The position numbers and the translations under genes are program-made. Positions 53,181 to 64,000 of a DNA stretch of 64,000 bases are shown here, one piece after another (within the stretch, counting starts at the first letter, position 1; each line of letters begins with the position of its first letter). This DNA is from Macrostomum lignano. Lineage: Eukaryota. The stretch covers positions 186,001-250,000 of the forward strand of contig NIVC01000491.1 of the NCBI GenBank assembly GCA_002269645.1. Direction: 5' to 3'. The notes below the pieces were generated by a model. That model was given only the letters and a program-made list of their open reading frames with translations, was not told the DNA's origin and searched no databases.

Positions 53181-53880
53181 ACTAGATATGGCGCCACTAT
53201 AAACTAGATATGGCGCCACTATAAACTAGATATGGCGCCACTATAAACTAGATATGGCGCCACTATAAACTAGATATGGCGCCACTATAAACTAGATATG
53301 GCGCCACTATAAACTAGATATGGCGTTTATATACACATATGACGCCACTATATGGCGCCAATATAAGCTAGATTTGGCGCCATTAGAAACTAGATATGGT
53401 AAGCATTCGAAATTAGATATGGTGCCATTAAAAAGTATATATGGCGCTACTATAAACTAGATATGGCGCCATTAGAAACTAGATATGGCACCATTAGAAA
53501 CTTGATATGGCGCCACTATAAACTAGATATGGCGCCATTAGAAACTAGATGTGGCGCCATTAGAAACTAGATATGGCGCCATTAGAAACTAGATATGGCA
53601 CCATTAGAAACTTGATATGGCGCCACTATAAACTAGATATGGCGCCATTAGAAACTAGATATGGCACTATAAGAAACTAGATATGGCACTATAAGAAACT
53701 AGATATGGCACCACTATAAACTAGATATGGCGCCATTAGAAACGAGATATAGCACTATAAGAAACTAGATATGGCGCTATTAGAAACGAGAGATATGGCC
53801 ATTAGAAGCTAACTTTGGTAACCATTAGAAACTAGATATGGCACCACTATAAACTAGATATAGCGCCATTAGAAACTAGA
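53181..53880. repeat. 22-bp minisatellite (ACTAGATATGGCGCCACTATAA / ...CCATTAGAA)n
   Basis: About 30 units; host array of the three Helitron-like insertions. Confidence 0.95.
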
Positions 53881-54344
53881 TAAAGGCGCCCCTCACGCGC
53901 AGATGCTTTGGTGCCCTCCAAATGACACATTAATCTTGACAAACCCAGTAACACAGCATTACATCGGGCATTTTAGCGCCAGGCAAAGGCGCCCCATCTC
54001 GGGCACAATGAAGCAGATTGCTACAACACATTGCAGCATTAAGTAAGAATTTCTCTTCATTTTTCCAAGGAGTGTCATATTTCATGCGGCTCGCACCTCT
54101 CGAATGTCGACTTTTTAGGAACGAGCTTTGATACAATTCTAATTATGAATCTCGCTGTGCTATGGCAGCCTGTGCATTGTGCTATTTAGGGTGCGGGGGA
54201 AATGCTTTTAGAAGCAGCAATTCGCTACATTTATTTCTGTTTACAATGCAACACCAAACCAGTACAGCGTGGATTGCGCGTGTTCTAGTTGGAAATCGCA
54301 TTGTAAACAACTGGATTTCGGTTGGTATAGTATTGCCCTGACAT

Positions 54345-55510
54345 TGATAGTGAGATTGAGAAGGAATGCAGAGCTTGATAGTGAGATTGAGAAGGAATGC
54401 AGAGATTGTGATAGTGAGATTGAGAAGGAATGCAGAGATTGATAGTGAGATTGAGAAGGAATGCAGAGCTTGATAGTGAGATTGAGAAGGAATGCAGAGA
54501 TTGATAGTCAGATTGAGAAGGAATGCAGAGATTGATAGTGAGATTGAGAAGGAATGCAGAGATTGTGATAGTGAGATTGAGAAGAAATGCAGAGATTGAT
54601 AGTGAGATTGAGAAGGAATGCAGAGATTGTGATAGTGAGATTGAGAAGGAATGCAGAGATTGTGATAGTGAGATTGAGAAGGAATGCAGAGATTGTGATA
54701 GTAAGATTGAGAAGGAATGCAAAGATTGATAGTGAGATTGAGAAGGAATGCAGAGATTGATAGTCAGATTGAGAAGAAATGCAGAGATTGATAGTGAGAT
54801 TGAGAAGGAATGCAGAGATTGTGATAGTGAGATTGAGAAGGAATGCAGAGATTGTGATAGTGAGATTGAGAAGGAATGCAGAGATTGTGATAGTGAGATT
54901 GAGAAGGAATGCAGAGATTGTGATAGTGAGATTGAGAAGGAATGCAGAGATTGTGATAGTGAGATTGAGAAGGAATGCAGAGATTGTGATAGTGAGATTG
55001 AGAAGGAATGCAGAGATTGTGATAGTGAGATTGAGAAGGAATGCAAAGATTGATAGTGAGATTGAGAAGGAATGTAGAGATTGATAGTGAGATTGAGAAG
55101 GAATGCAGAGATTGATAGTGAGATTGAGAAGGAATGCAGAGATTGTGATAGTGAGATTGAGAAGGAATGCAGAGATTGATAGTGAGATTGAGAAGGAATG
55201 CAGAGATTGATAGTGAGATTGAGAAGGAATGCAGAGATTGTGATAGTGAGATTGAGAAGGAATGCAGAGATTGTGATAGTGAGATTGAGAAGGAATGCAG
55301 AGATTGATAGTGAGATTGAGAAGGAATGCAAAGATTGATAGTGAGATTGAGAAGGAGTGCAGAGATTGATAGTGAGATTGAGAAGGAATGCAGAGATTGA
55401 TAGTGAGATTGAGTGAGTATATGAGCAGAGATTGATAGTGAGATTGAGTGAGTATATGAGCAGAGATTGATAGTGAGATGAGTGAGATCAGCAGAGTGAT
55501 AGTGAGATCA
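54345..55510. repeat. 31/33-bp minisatellite (GATAGTGAGATTGAGAAGGAATGCAGAGATT[GT])n
   Basis: About 36 units. Confidence 0.95.
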
Positions 55511-55985
55511 GCTTTACCAGTTGAGTAATATTCTTAATCTACCAAAGGGTGTCCGCCAGATCTCGTCTCATTTGTCAGCCGGACTCAATTCTTTTTATCC
55601 TGACAAGACATTCGGCGGTGCATGCAGCACAGAAAAAATTGAGTGATGAAGGGTGCAATTTGCTCATGGTATACAAAGCTGGGCTCGTGGTCTTATAATT
55701 TTAGCCACCATATAATTGCTAAGTGAGCCCCGAAAAATCCCGTGGTTAAGCTAAGAGGAATGAGTTTGCACGCTTCCAGGAAGCAAAGTCAATTATATAG
55801 GCTACTATGAGAGGTGAAGTTCCAAATTCGAAATCTGTGTTTGCTTTAAGGATCCGGTGCAGATGATGATGCAGTGCAATTGATCTTGGTTCTGTAATTG
55901 CACCTGCTGTAGATGGATATACCCACATGAGCTAGTTCAAGCTGACAGGAAGCTAACAATTTATTTTGCTGCATGTATGCGTAAG

Positions 55986-56535
<550 letters not shown>

Positions 56536-57297
56536 TATACTCAAGGCTCACCTTGCAAGATTCAATGCAAGCCGAAAGCAAAGAGCTTCAGTTCCTCGAC
56601 TTTACCTTTAAAATTCAGATAAAGAGCTCCCCACAAGCAGGCACAGGCAGTTTTCTGTTGACTTTGCGAGGAGATTTAGCGAGGCCGCCCCAGCGGCCTA
56701 AAGGGAAGTTCTCTCTAAGTTTATGGATTGCAAAAGGGATGGGAATCGGCCATCGGGGATGTCTGCGCGACCACTAGATAGATTCAGGATTAAACGGGGA
56801 TTAGGAGAGGGGAAGAGGTGATGAGCCAATTAAAAATCACTCCCCCATACATGCGTGCTAGTGCTAGCTAAGGTTTACGCCTCTGAAATTGTTGAGAGAG
56901 CAAACAGAACCGACCTGTCTGATTCTCCAGAATCCTTTAGCCTTCGCGTGTTCGCTTAACAAGCCGTGGCCTCCAATTTACTTCTGCAGGAAAATCGATA
57001 AAGTTTTTCAGAGAGACGCGAATTCTTAGTAGGATTGCGCGTCTGGGTTGCGGCGGCTGACAACTTATATCTGGCTGCTAATCTTTAACACTCCAATTCG
57101 AAATGAGGTGACGGTGGGGTGAGTGGTGGGGGCCAATGGGGTGGCGGGGTGTTCATAGCATCCAATGGGGCATCAGCTTTGAGGGACTGTGTGACTGACT
57201 TGCTTGGCTTCTATTGGCCTGCAGTGCCTTGTTGGACTGACTGATCAGGGACTCCCGTTGACTGGATTGGAAAGCCGAAATCGAGCATTTGAAACTG

Positions 57298-57549
57298 CTG
57301 TAGTTGTTGACGCTGTTGTTTTTGTCATTGTTGTTGTTGTGTTGTTGTTGCTGTTGTTGTTGTTGTTGTTGTTGCTGTGTTGTTGTTTTTGTTGTTGTTG
57401 TTGTTGTTTTTGTTAGTGTTGTTAGTGTTGGTGTTGTTGTTGTTGTTGTTGTTGTTGGTGTTGTTGTTGTTGTTGGTGTTGTTGTTGTTGGTGTTGTTGT
57501 TGTTGTTGTTGTTGGTGTTGTTGTTGTTGGTGTTGTTGTTGGTGTTGTT

Positions 57550-57586
<37 letters not shown>

Positions 57587-57640
57587 TTGTTAGTGTTGTT
57601 AGTGTTGTTGTTGTTGTTGTTGTTTTCTCTGTTGTTGGTT
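57298..57640. repeat. (GTT)n / GTGTT low-complexity microsatellite
   Basis: Directly visible. Confidence 0.95.
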
Positions 57641-58308
57641 ATCATTGTTGTTTTGTGTCAGAACACAGTGACACAAATGAAATATTTACAATGCAAATGA
57701 AAACTCAGACATGAGTCGAAAAAGTACACCAGAAAGATAGAAAGAGAAAATGATTTTGTAGAGAGAGTTTTTAGCAAGTGCATGCATGACAAGCTTTTGA
57801 CTCAGTTAAGATTTAAAACTTTTAGTTTAAGGAATAATGTATTCAACTGTAAATTGAGTCTAAATTGTATACGAATTTACTAAAAACACCTGAGAGCAAA
57901 CCCCAACATGTTAGAAATTGTATATGCGCTTGTATGCATGTGCTCAGGAGTCAGCGGCATGAGCAGAATTGCCTCAACAAACTCAAGGTTGTGGGAAAAT
58001 TGCAACAGGGTGCCCACAGCGCTCGGTGGGACAAAAGACAAAAAGACTCGAATTGAGAGTTCCCGCACAATAATTTAGACATTTTTCAAGGCATGCTCTA
58101 TCAGCCTACTCTTAGTAGGCAAGCACCGAAAATTGATTGCGGAATTTAATTTGGCAGAAAAGGAGTGATTCATGAATAGTAATTAAAAGTTTTATGCGAA
58201 AAAACCGTGATTAATTAAAATCAGAAAGATAAGCGCACAGCTGTTAATATTTTTATTGGTACAATAAAAGTACATCAGTAATAGCTCGTAGCTAGTGCAT
58301 CATGTACT

Positions 58309-61300
58309 TTAATTAGCAGCTTTAATGGCCTCTCCGATCGCTTCCACAGTGGCGTCCGCATCGGCCTCCGTGACACACATTGGCGGCTGCAGCCGAAGCA
58401 CGTTGCCATAGAAACCGCCCTTGCCAACCAGCACCCCAGCCTCCCTGGTGGCCTCGAACAGCCGCGCCATCCTTGGCGCCTCCAGCGGCGCCCGGCTGGC
58501 TCGGTCGGCGACCAACTCGACTCCGACCATCAGGCCTTTGCCGCGGACGTCGCCGATCAGCTGATTGGACTGGCGAATCCTTTGGAGCCCCGACAGCAGC
58601 CGCTGGCCAACACGCTGGCAGTTCTCCTGCGGGATGTTTTTGGAAAAAATAAATCAAATTTTTGATGAAGAAGGGCTCCTTCATGTAGTCCAGGCTTTTT
58701 GTTTTAAATTATTTTCCGATTTAGGGGCAGATTCTGGGGCGGATTCAGGGAGGATCCAGGGGCGGATTCAGAGAGGATCCAGGGGCGGATTCAGAGAGGA
58801 TCCAGGGGCCGATCCAGGGGCCGATCCAGTGGCCGATCCAGTGGCCGATCCAGGGGCCGATCCAGGGGCCGATCCAGGGGCCGCCTAAATCTGGGCTTTT
58901 TTCAGCAACCGCTCACCTGCAGCTTCTCCTCATCAATGACATCGAGCACTGCGGAGCCGACAGCGCAGGCCAGCGGGTTTCCGCCGAAGGTGTTGAAGTG
59001 CAACGCCTCGGCCAGGGTGCGGGCCACCTCCGGTGAGGTGACCACCGCGGCCAGCGGGAACCCGTTCCCGATGCTCTTGGCCATGGTGACAATGTCCGGC
59101 TCCACTCCGTGAGCTTCGAAGCCCCAGTAGTGACTGCCGAGTCGGCTGATGACGTCACGGCCATTGTGGCAGGACCGTCTCCCAGCACGCTCAGGGATCT
59201 GATGCAGAGCTTTATCCGCAAAGCAGAATCCTGGGCCAATGACAATGGTTTGGAACTCTCTGAGCCCAAAACCGTTGCCATTATGTTTACCAGCAGACTA
59301 CGCTGGAACATACGTCCTCTGCAGCTCTACGGCAGAGATATTGCCTTCGCGCACCAGACCAGATGTCTCGGGGTCACACTTGACCACCGGCTCAACTGGT
59401 CCTTCCACGTGAAAGCAAAAGCTAAGCGTGCCTCAGCCATCCTGGCCCAGCTCCGACGAGCACTTGGCACTTCTTGGGGTCTATCCCCAAAGCGGCTTTG
59501 GTGGATCTATACTTCCGTAGTTAGACCTGCCATTACGTACGCCTCTGTTGTCTGGGTTAGCGCTACCCAGGTCAAAAGCCATGCAGACCTGCTCAACACG
59601 ATCCAAGGCAGAGCGTGTAGGCTCATCTGCAACGCCACCAGGTCCACGCCCTTTGCTGGCATGGGGCCTTTCTTAATCTTCCGCCTCTTGACCTCTTCAT
59701 CAGGGGTGAGGCGGCTAGAACGACGCGGCGTCTAATTGATGCCGGCGTCAAATTCATTTACATGAGAGCACCTGCTAAGCGGAACCTTGTCCCGCATAGC
59801 GATCTGTGCCTCAACTTTCTCAACGAGTGTCAGGCCAATCGCGTCTTCACCGATGGCATTGCCTCAACGCTCAACCTGAGACAGCGCTACTCCGTAGCTA
59901 TCGACTCGCGCGATAACATCAATGACCATTGGAACCCTGGTGAGCTTCATTGCTACACCGACGGTTCTAAGCAGTCAGCCAACACCGGCTTTGGTGTTGG
60001 AATCTTTCTGAACAGGAGGGTCATCGCTACCCACGCTCAATACACTGGGGTCAACTCCAGTGTTTTCCAAAATGAAGTTCTGGCCATCAGCTCCTGCACT
60101 GCAGAGCTTCTCGCCACTGGCGTTACTGGTAAGAACATCATTTTCCATTCGGACAGCCAAGCTGCCTTGCACGCCATCAGTGGCTGCAGCACCAACTCTA
60201 CTACAGTCCTTGACTGTATCAAACTCCTCAATGTGTTGGGTTCCGCCAACAAAATTACCCTTAAGTGGGTTCCGGGGCATGTGGGGATCCGAGGAAATGA
60301 GTTGGCTGACACCCTTGCAAAAGTTGGTGCCTCCGGCTCCTCTCTCGGCCCCGAACCTCTTGTCCCGATTCCTGGCTGTGTCATCGACTCGCGCATCAAA
60401 GCGTGGATCAGGACTCAGCACCGCTCGACTTGGGCGAACCGCACGAACTGCAGGCAATCCAGAGGCGCTGTCCCTCAGCCCTCTCACCAGCTCCGGAAGC
60501 TCCTCTTGCGCCTCTCGCGCAGAGACATCCGGGCTGCCACCATGACCCTCTCTGGTCACGGCTGCTTCTCCAGGCACCAGTACCTGCAGGGCAACGCCAC
60601 CAACGCCACCTGTAGTTTCTGCAACTCAGGTGACGAAACCGCTGAGCATTTTGTCAGCATCTGTCCCGCCTTCACGCGGGCCAGACTCACTTACCTCGGG
60701 CCACACACATCTATTACTGAAGCGTGCAAACCCGAAAACTTTAATCAGCTCATGCGCTACCTTCGGGCCACCCGCAGGGCTGAACTCTCCTTTCCAGAGA
60801 GCACCATAGCTGCTGGCGACACTGGGGGACCTCCCTGGGCGGCGCCAACCCTCCGTCCATAGCGACGCGTCGGCCGTTCAGGGACTAGCGGAATGGGCGC
60901 CCGCGCCTTCCCGCTGTGTCCCCTCCGGGACAGCCCTGCAGCTAAGTCAAGTCTACGCTGCCTACTCTCCTGGTCTACTCTATCCTATCTACTTTCCTCA
61001 TCTACTCTACACTGTCTACTCCATCCTGTCTACTCTTCTTGTCTACTCTACCTATCTAATCTACCGTCTACCCTCCTGTCTACCGTACACTGTCCTGTCT
61101 ACCCTACCCTGTCTACTCTCCTCATCTACTTTACACACCCAAAAAAGTTGGCGCCAGCCCTGACACAGACCAAAAAAGTTGGCGCCAACCCTGACACACA
61201 CCAAAAAAGTTGGCGCCAACCCTGACACAGGCCAAAAAAGTTGGCGCCAACCCTGACACACCAAACTCACCTGCTGACAATCGCAGCTCCTACCAGGCTG

Positions 61301-61933
61301 GGCGTCAGAGTCTCTGCAGGCGGCGCCGCCCCACTCGCCCCTGTACGGGTCCGGATGCGCCGCATTGACAAAGCCGAAACCAGTCGGAGTGGCATAGCGC
61401 CACGTGGACAGCGCCGTGGCGCCCATAAGGAACGGACTGGCTCCGTGGTAGCCATTCCTCAGCGTGACCACCTCCCAGCGCCGGGTGTACAGCCGGGCCA
61501 TCAGCACTGCCAAATCGTTGGCCTCGGAGCCGCTGTTAGTGAAATAGCAGACGCTCAGCTTCGGCGGCAGTTTGGCTGTCAACTTTTTAGCGTACGCCTG
61601 CGGCGCCGGGCTCATATAGATACTGGTAGTGTGCCACAGCTGCTCACTTTGAGCTGCCAGAGCTGAGTTCACCTTGGGATGACAGTGTCCGACAGACACT
61701 GTGCAGATACCGCCAAACATGTCCAGGTATTTCCGACCTGTATGATCCCACAGCCATTGCCTGCTGCCGCGAACTATGTACAGCGGATTAGCGTAATACG
61801 ATATTAATCCAGGGCTTAGCAGTTCGCGTCGTTGGCGAAGATTTTCTTCGTAGCTTGACGAACTTCCGGACAGAGAGGATGAGGAACGAATGCCTAGCAG
61901 GCGGCTGCGAGAGATGATTGCTCTAGTTGCCAT
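58309..61933 (-). pseudogene. AGXT2: Alanine--glyoxylate aminotransferase 2 (mitochondrial class-III PLP aminotransferase), disrupted copy
   Basis: Exon 61933-61271 (Arg/Ser-rich leader, YLDMFGGICTVSVGHCHPKV, FTNSGSEANDLA, YHG). Exon remnant 59146-58917 (RLGSHYWGF...[15 protein letters not shown]...FNTFGGNP). Last exon 58626-58309 (DVRGKGLMVGVELV...LRLQPPMC). The segment encoding ...AEPIQG...DEVQTGFG is absent and a retrotransposon occupies that position. Confidence 0.85.
59145..61135 (+). mobile_element. 5'-truncated non-LTR retrotransposon (RT C-terminus, RNase H, CCHC; R1/LOA/I-group-like)
   Basis: Begins at the ADD of the RT YADD motif. Continues LGVTLDHRLNW, WGLSPKRLWWIYTSVVRPAITYASVVW, RNase H (YTDGSK, FQNEVLAI, SDSQAAL, KWVPGHVGIRGNELAD) and CSFC...ETAEHFVSIC, stop at 60862. 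One 1-bp frameshift near 59665. TCTACT-rich 3'UTR to ~61135. Clade is from motif recollection. Confidence 0.92.
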
Positions 61934-62354
61934 GGGAACAGGTGAACCAGCTATATTATATTATATTGACTGGCTGTAACCAGATTTACAACAGAACGGA
62001 ATCCAGGGTTGTAAAACTGGAATAGCTAGTTAGGTTAAATGAATTTATTATGGAACCCAGCTAGTCTTATCAGTCTAGCGCAGCAGTCTGCAGTGTACAT
62101 TTGAAGTCTAATAAACAGTGTACATTCCAACCCTCTGCTCTCTCTCTCCACTCTATACATTACTGCTTTCTGAAATACACATATATATATACCGCCAAGC
62201 GCACTTAATCGAGTACGTAACGTAGATTGTAGATTTTCCATGTAGATTGTTATGAATTCACTTTGGTCACAAAGAAAGATTGAGAAATATTCAATTAACA
62301 ATATATTGATTCAAGTCTTCTCCTAATCTCACCTATAATTTGAGAAACCTGCTA

Positions 62355-63362
62355 ATCTCACCCATGAGATAGCAAGCTCCCCAAATCTCACCCATGAGAT
62401 AACTAGCTCCCCGAATCTCATCCATGAGATAGCAAGCACCCCGATCTCACCCATAAGATAGCTAGCTCCCCGAATCTCACCCATGAGACAGCAAGGCCCT
62501 GAATCTCACCCATGAGATAGCAAAGCCCCTGAATCTCACTCATGAGATAGCAAGCTCCCCGAATCTCACCCATGAGATAGAAAGCTTTCCGAATCTCACC
62601 CATGAGATAGCAAGTCCCAAATCTCACCCATGAGATAGCTAGCTCCCTGAATCTCACCCATGAGATAGCTAGCTCCCCGAATCTCACCCATGAGATAGAA
62701 AGCTTTCCGAATATCACCCATGAGATAGCTAGCTCCCTGAATCTCACCCATGAAATAGCTAGCTCCCCGAATCTCACCCATGAGATAGCAAGGCCCCTGA
62801 ATCTCACCCATGTGATAGCAAAGCCCCTGAATCTCACCCATGAGATAGCAAAGCCCCTGAATCTCACCCATGAGATAGCAAGGCCCCTGAATCTCACCCA
62901 TGTGATAGCAAGGCCCCTGAATCTCACCCATGAGATAGCAAAGCCCCTGAATCTCACCCATGAGATAGCAAGGCCCCTGAATCTCACCCATGAGATAGCA
63001 AGGCCCCTGAATCTCACCCATGAGATAGCAAGGCCCCTGAATCTCACCCATGAGATAGCAAGGCCCCTGAATCTCACCCATGAGATAGCAAGGCCCCTGA
63101 ATCTCACCCATGAGATAGCAAGGCCCCTGAATCTCACCCATGAGATAGCAAGGCCCCTGAATCTCACCCATGTGATAGCAAAGCCCCTGAATCTCACCCA
63201 TGAGATAGCAAAGCCCCTGAATCTCACCCATGAGATAGCAAGGCCCCTGAATCTCACCCATGTGATAGCAAAGCCCCTGAATCTCACCCATGAGATAGCA
63301 AAGCCCCTGAATCTCACCCATGAGATAGCAAGGCCCCTGAATCTCACCCATGAGATAACAAG
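62355..63362. repeat. 30-bp minisatellite (AATCTCACCCATGAGATAGCAAGGCCCCTG)n
   Basis: About 33 units. Confidence 0.95.
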
Positions 63363-63874
63363 CTCACCCACGAAAACGAAAGTGGCAAAAAGTGATTGAC
63401 AATTCCCAATAACGAAAGAACTCGAAAAGCATTGCCCAAATTTACATGTTGAAATTGAAAAAAATGAATAAAATCTTTCAATGATGAAATATTTCCTGCT
63501 TGAAGAAAGCTGGTCAAATAGGAATACATTGCAGCTAAGGCAGTTTCGAAGACGGCTGCAATGACTGAATAGATTTTTTTGCACTTTCTGTCAGCTTTAT
63601 TTATTGCTTTTAACAAACAGAATGTTTAGGGTTATAAGTAACAAAAATAAAATATAACACGACGCTTATGAATGTACATGCAATAATAATTAGAAGTTTT
63701 ACTAAGAAAATAATTAGGACAAAAATGCTAGCGACTACTGTTGAATTTGATATCAAGTAGTATAAATTTTGAGTAAATTGCGCGCAAATTAATATTTGAT
63801 TTTGAAATGCTTTAAGTAGAAATAAAATTGTATAAATGTTCACTGGATTTCAGATTGAGACACAGAACTACAGC

Positions 63875-64000
63875 ATCGGGACTCATTAGCTTCAGGATCG
63901 GGACTCATTAGCTTGAGGATCGGGACTAATTAGCTTGAGGATGGGGACTCATTAGCTTCAGGATTGGGACTCATTAGCTTCAGGATCTGGACTCAGTAGC
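63875..64000. repeat. 22-bp minisatellite (GGACTCATTAGCTTCAGGATCG)n
   Basis: About 6 units, runs off the window end. Confidence 0.9.

Noticed and set aside
62418-63584. 388-aa and overlapping ORFs upstream of AGXT2
   Set aside because: Translation of the 30-bp minisatellite.

Overview
Repeat-saturated animal genomic DNA. GC-rich spliced exons sit among many unrelated minisatellites, a style resembling a Macrostomum-type flatworm (species is inference only). Three host genes are supportable: a two-exon LAMTOR1/p18 (+, 15039-16789); a multi-exon 7-cadherin-repeat protocadherin (-, 32486-20553); and an AGXT2 copy (-, 61933-58309) broken by a young 5'-truncated RT-RNase H non-LTR retrotransposon, which sits where the DEVQTG-encoding segment should be. 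Mobile elements include a solo LTR with a 4-bp TSD, a decayed mariner interrupted by two copies of one 8-bp-TSD MITE, another hAT-type MITE and a hAT transposase relic. Most notable is 40035-53180: three co-oriented, non-coding Helitron/Helentron-like elements with asymmetric subterminal inverted repeats, a hairpin and a CTAG end. Three of their four junctions join a 22-bp ACTAG-containing minisatellite at the same phase; the fourth is a direct head-to-tail fusion. One copy carries about 70 tandem hairpin+CACTAG units that mimic a Helitron 3' end. Most long ORFs in the track are artefacts of tandem repeats.
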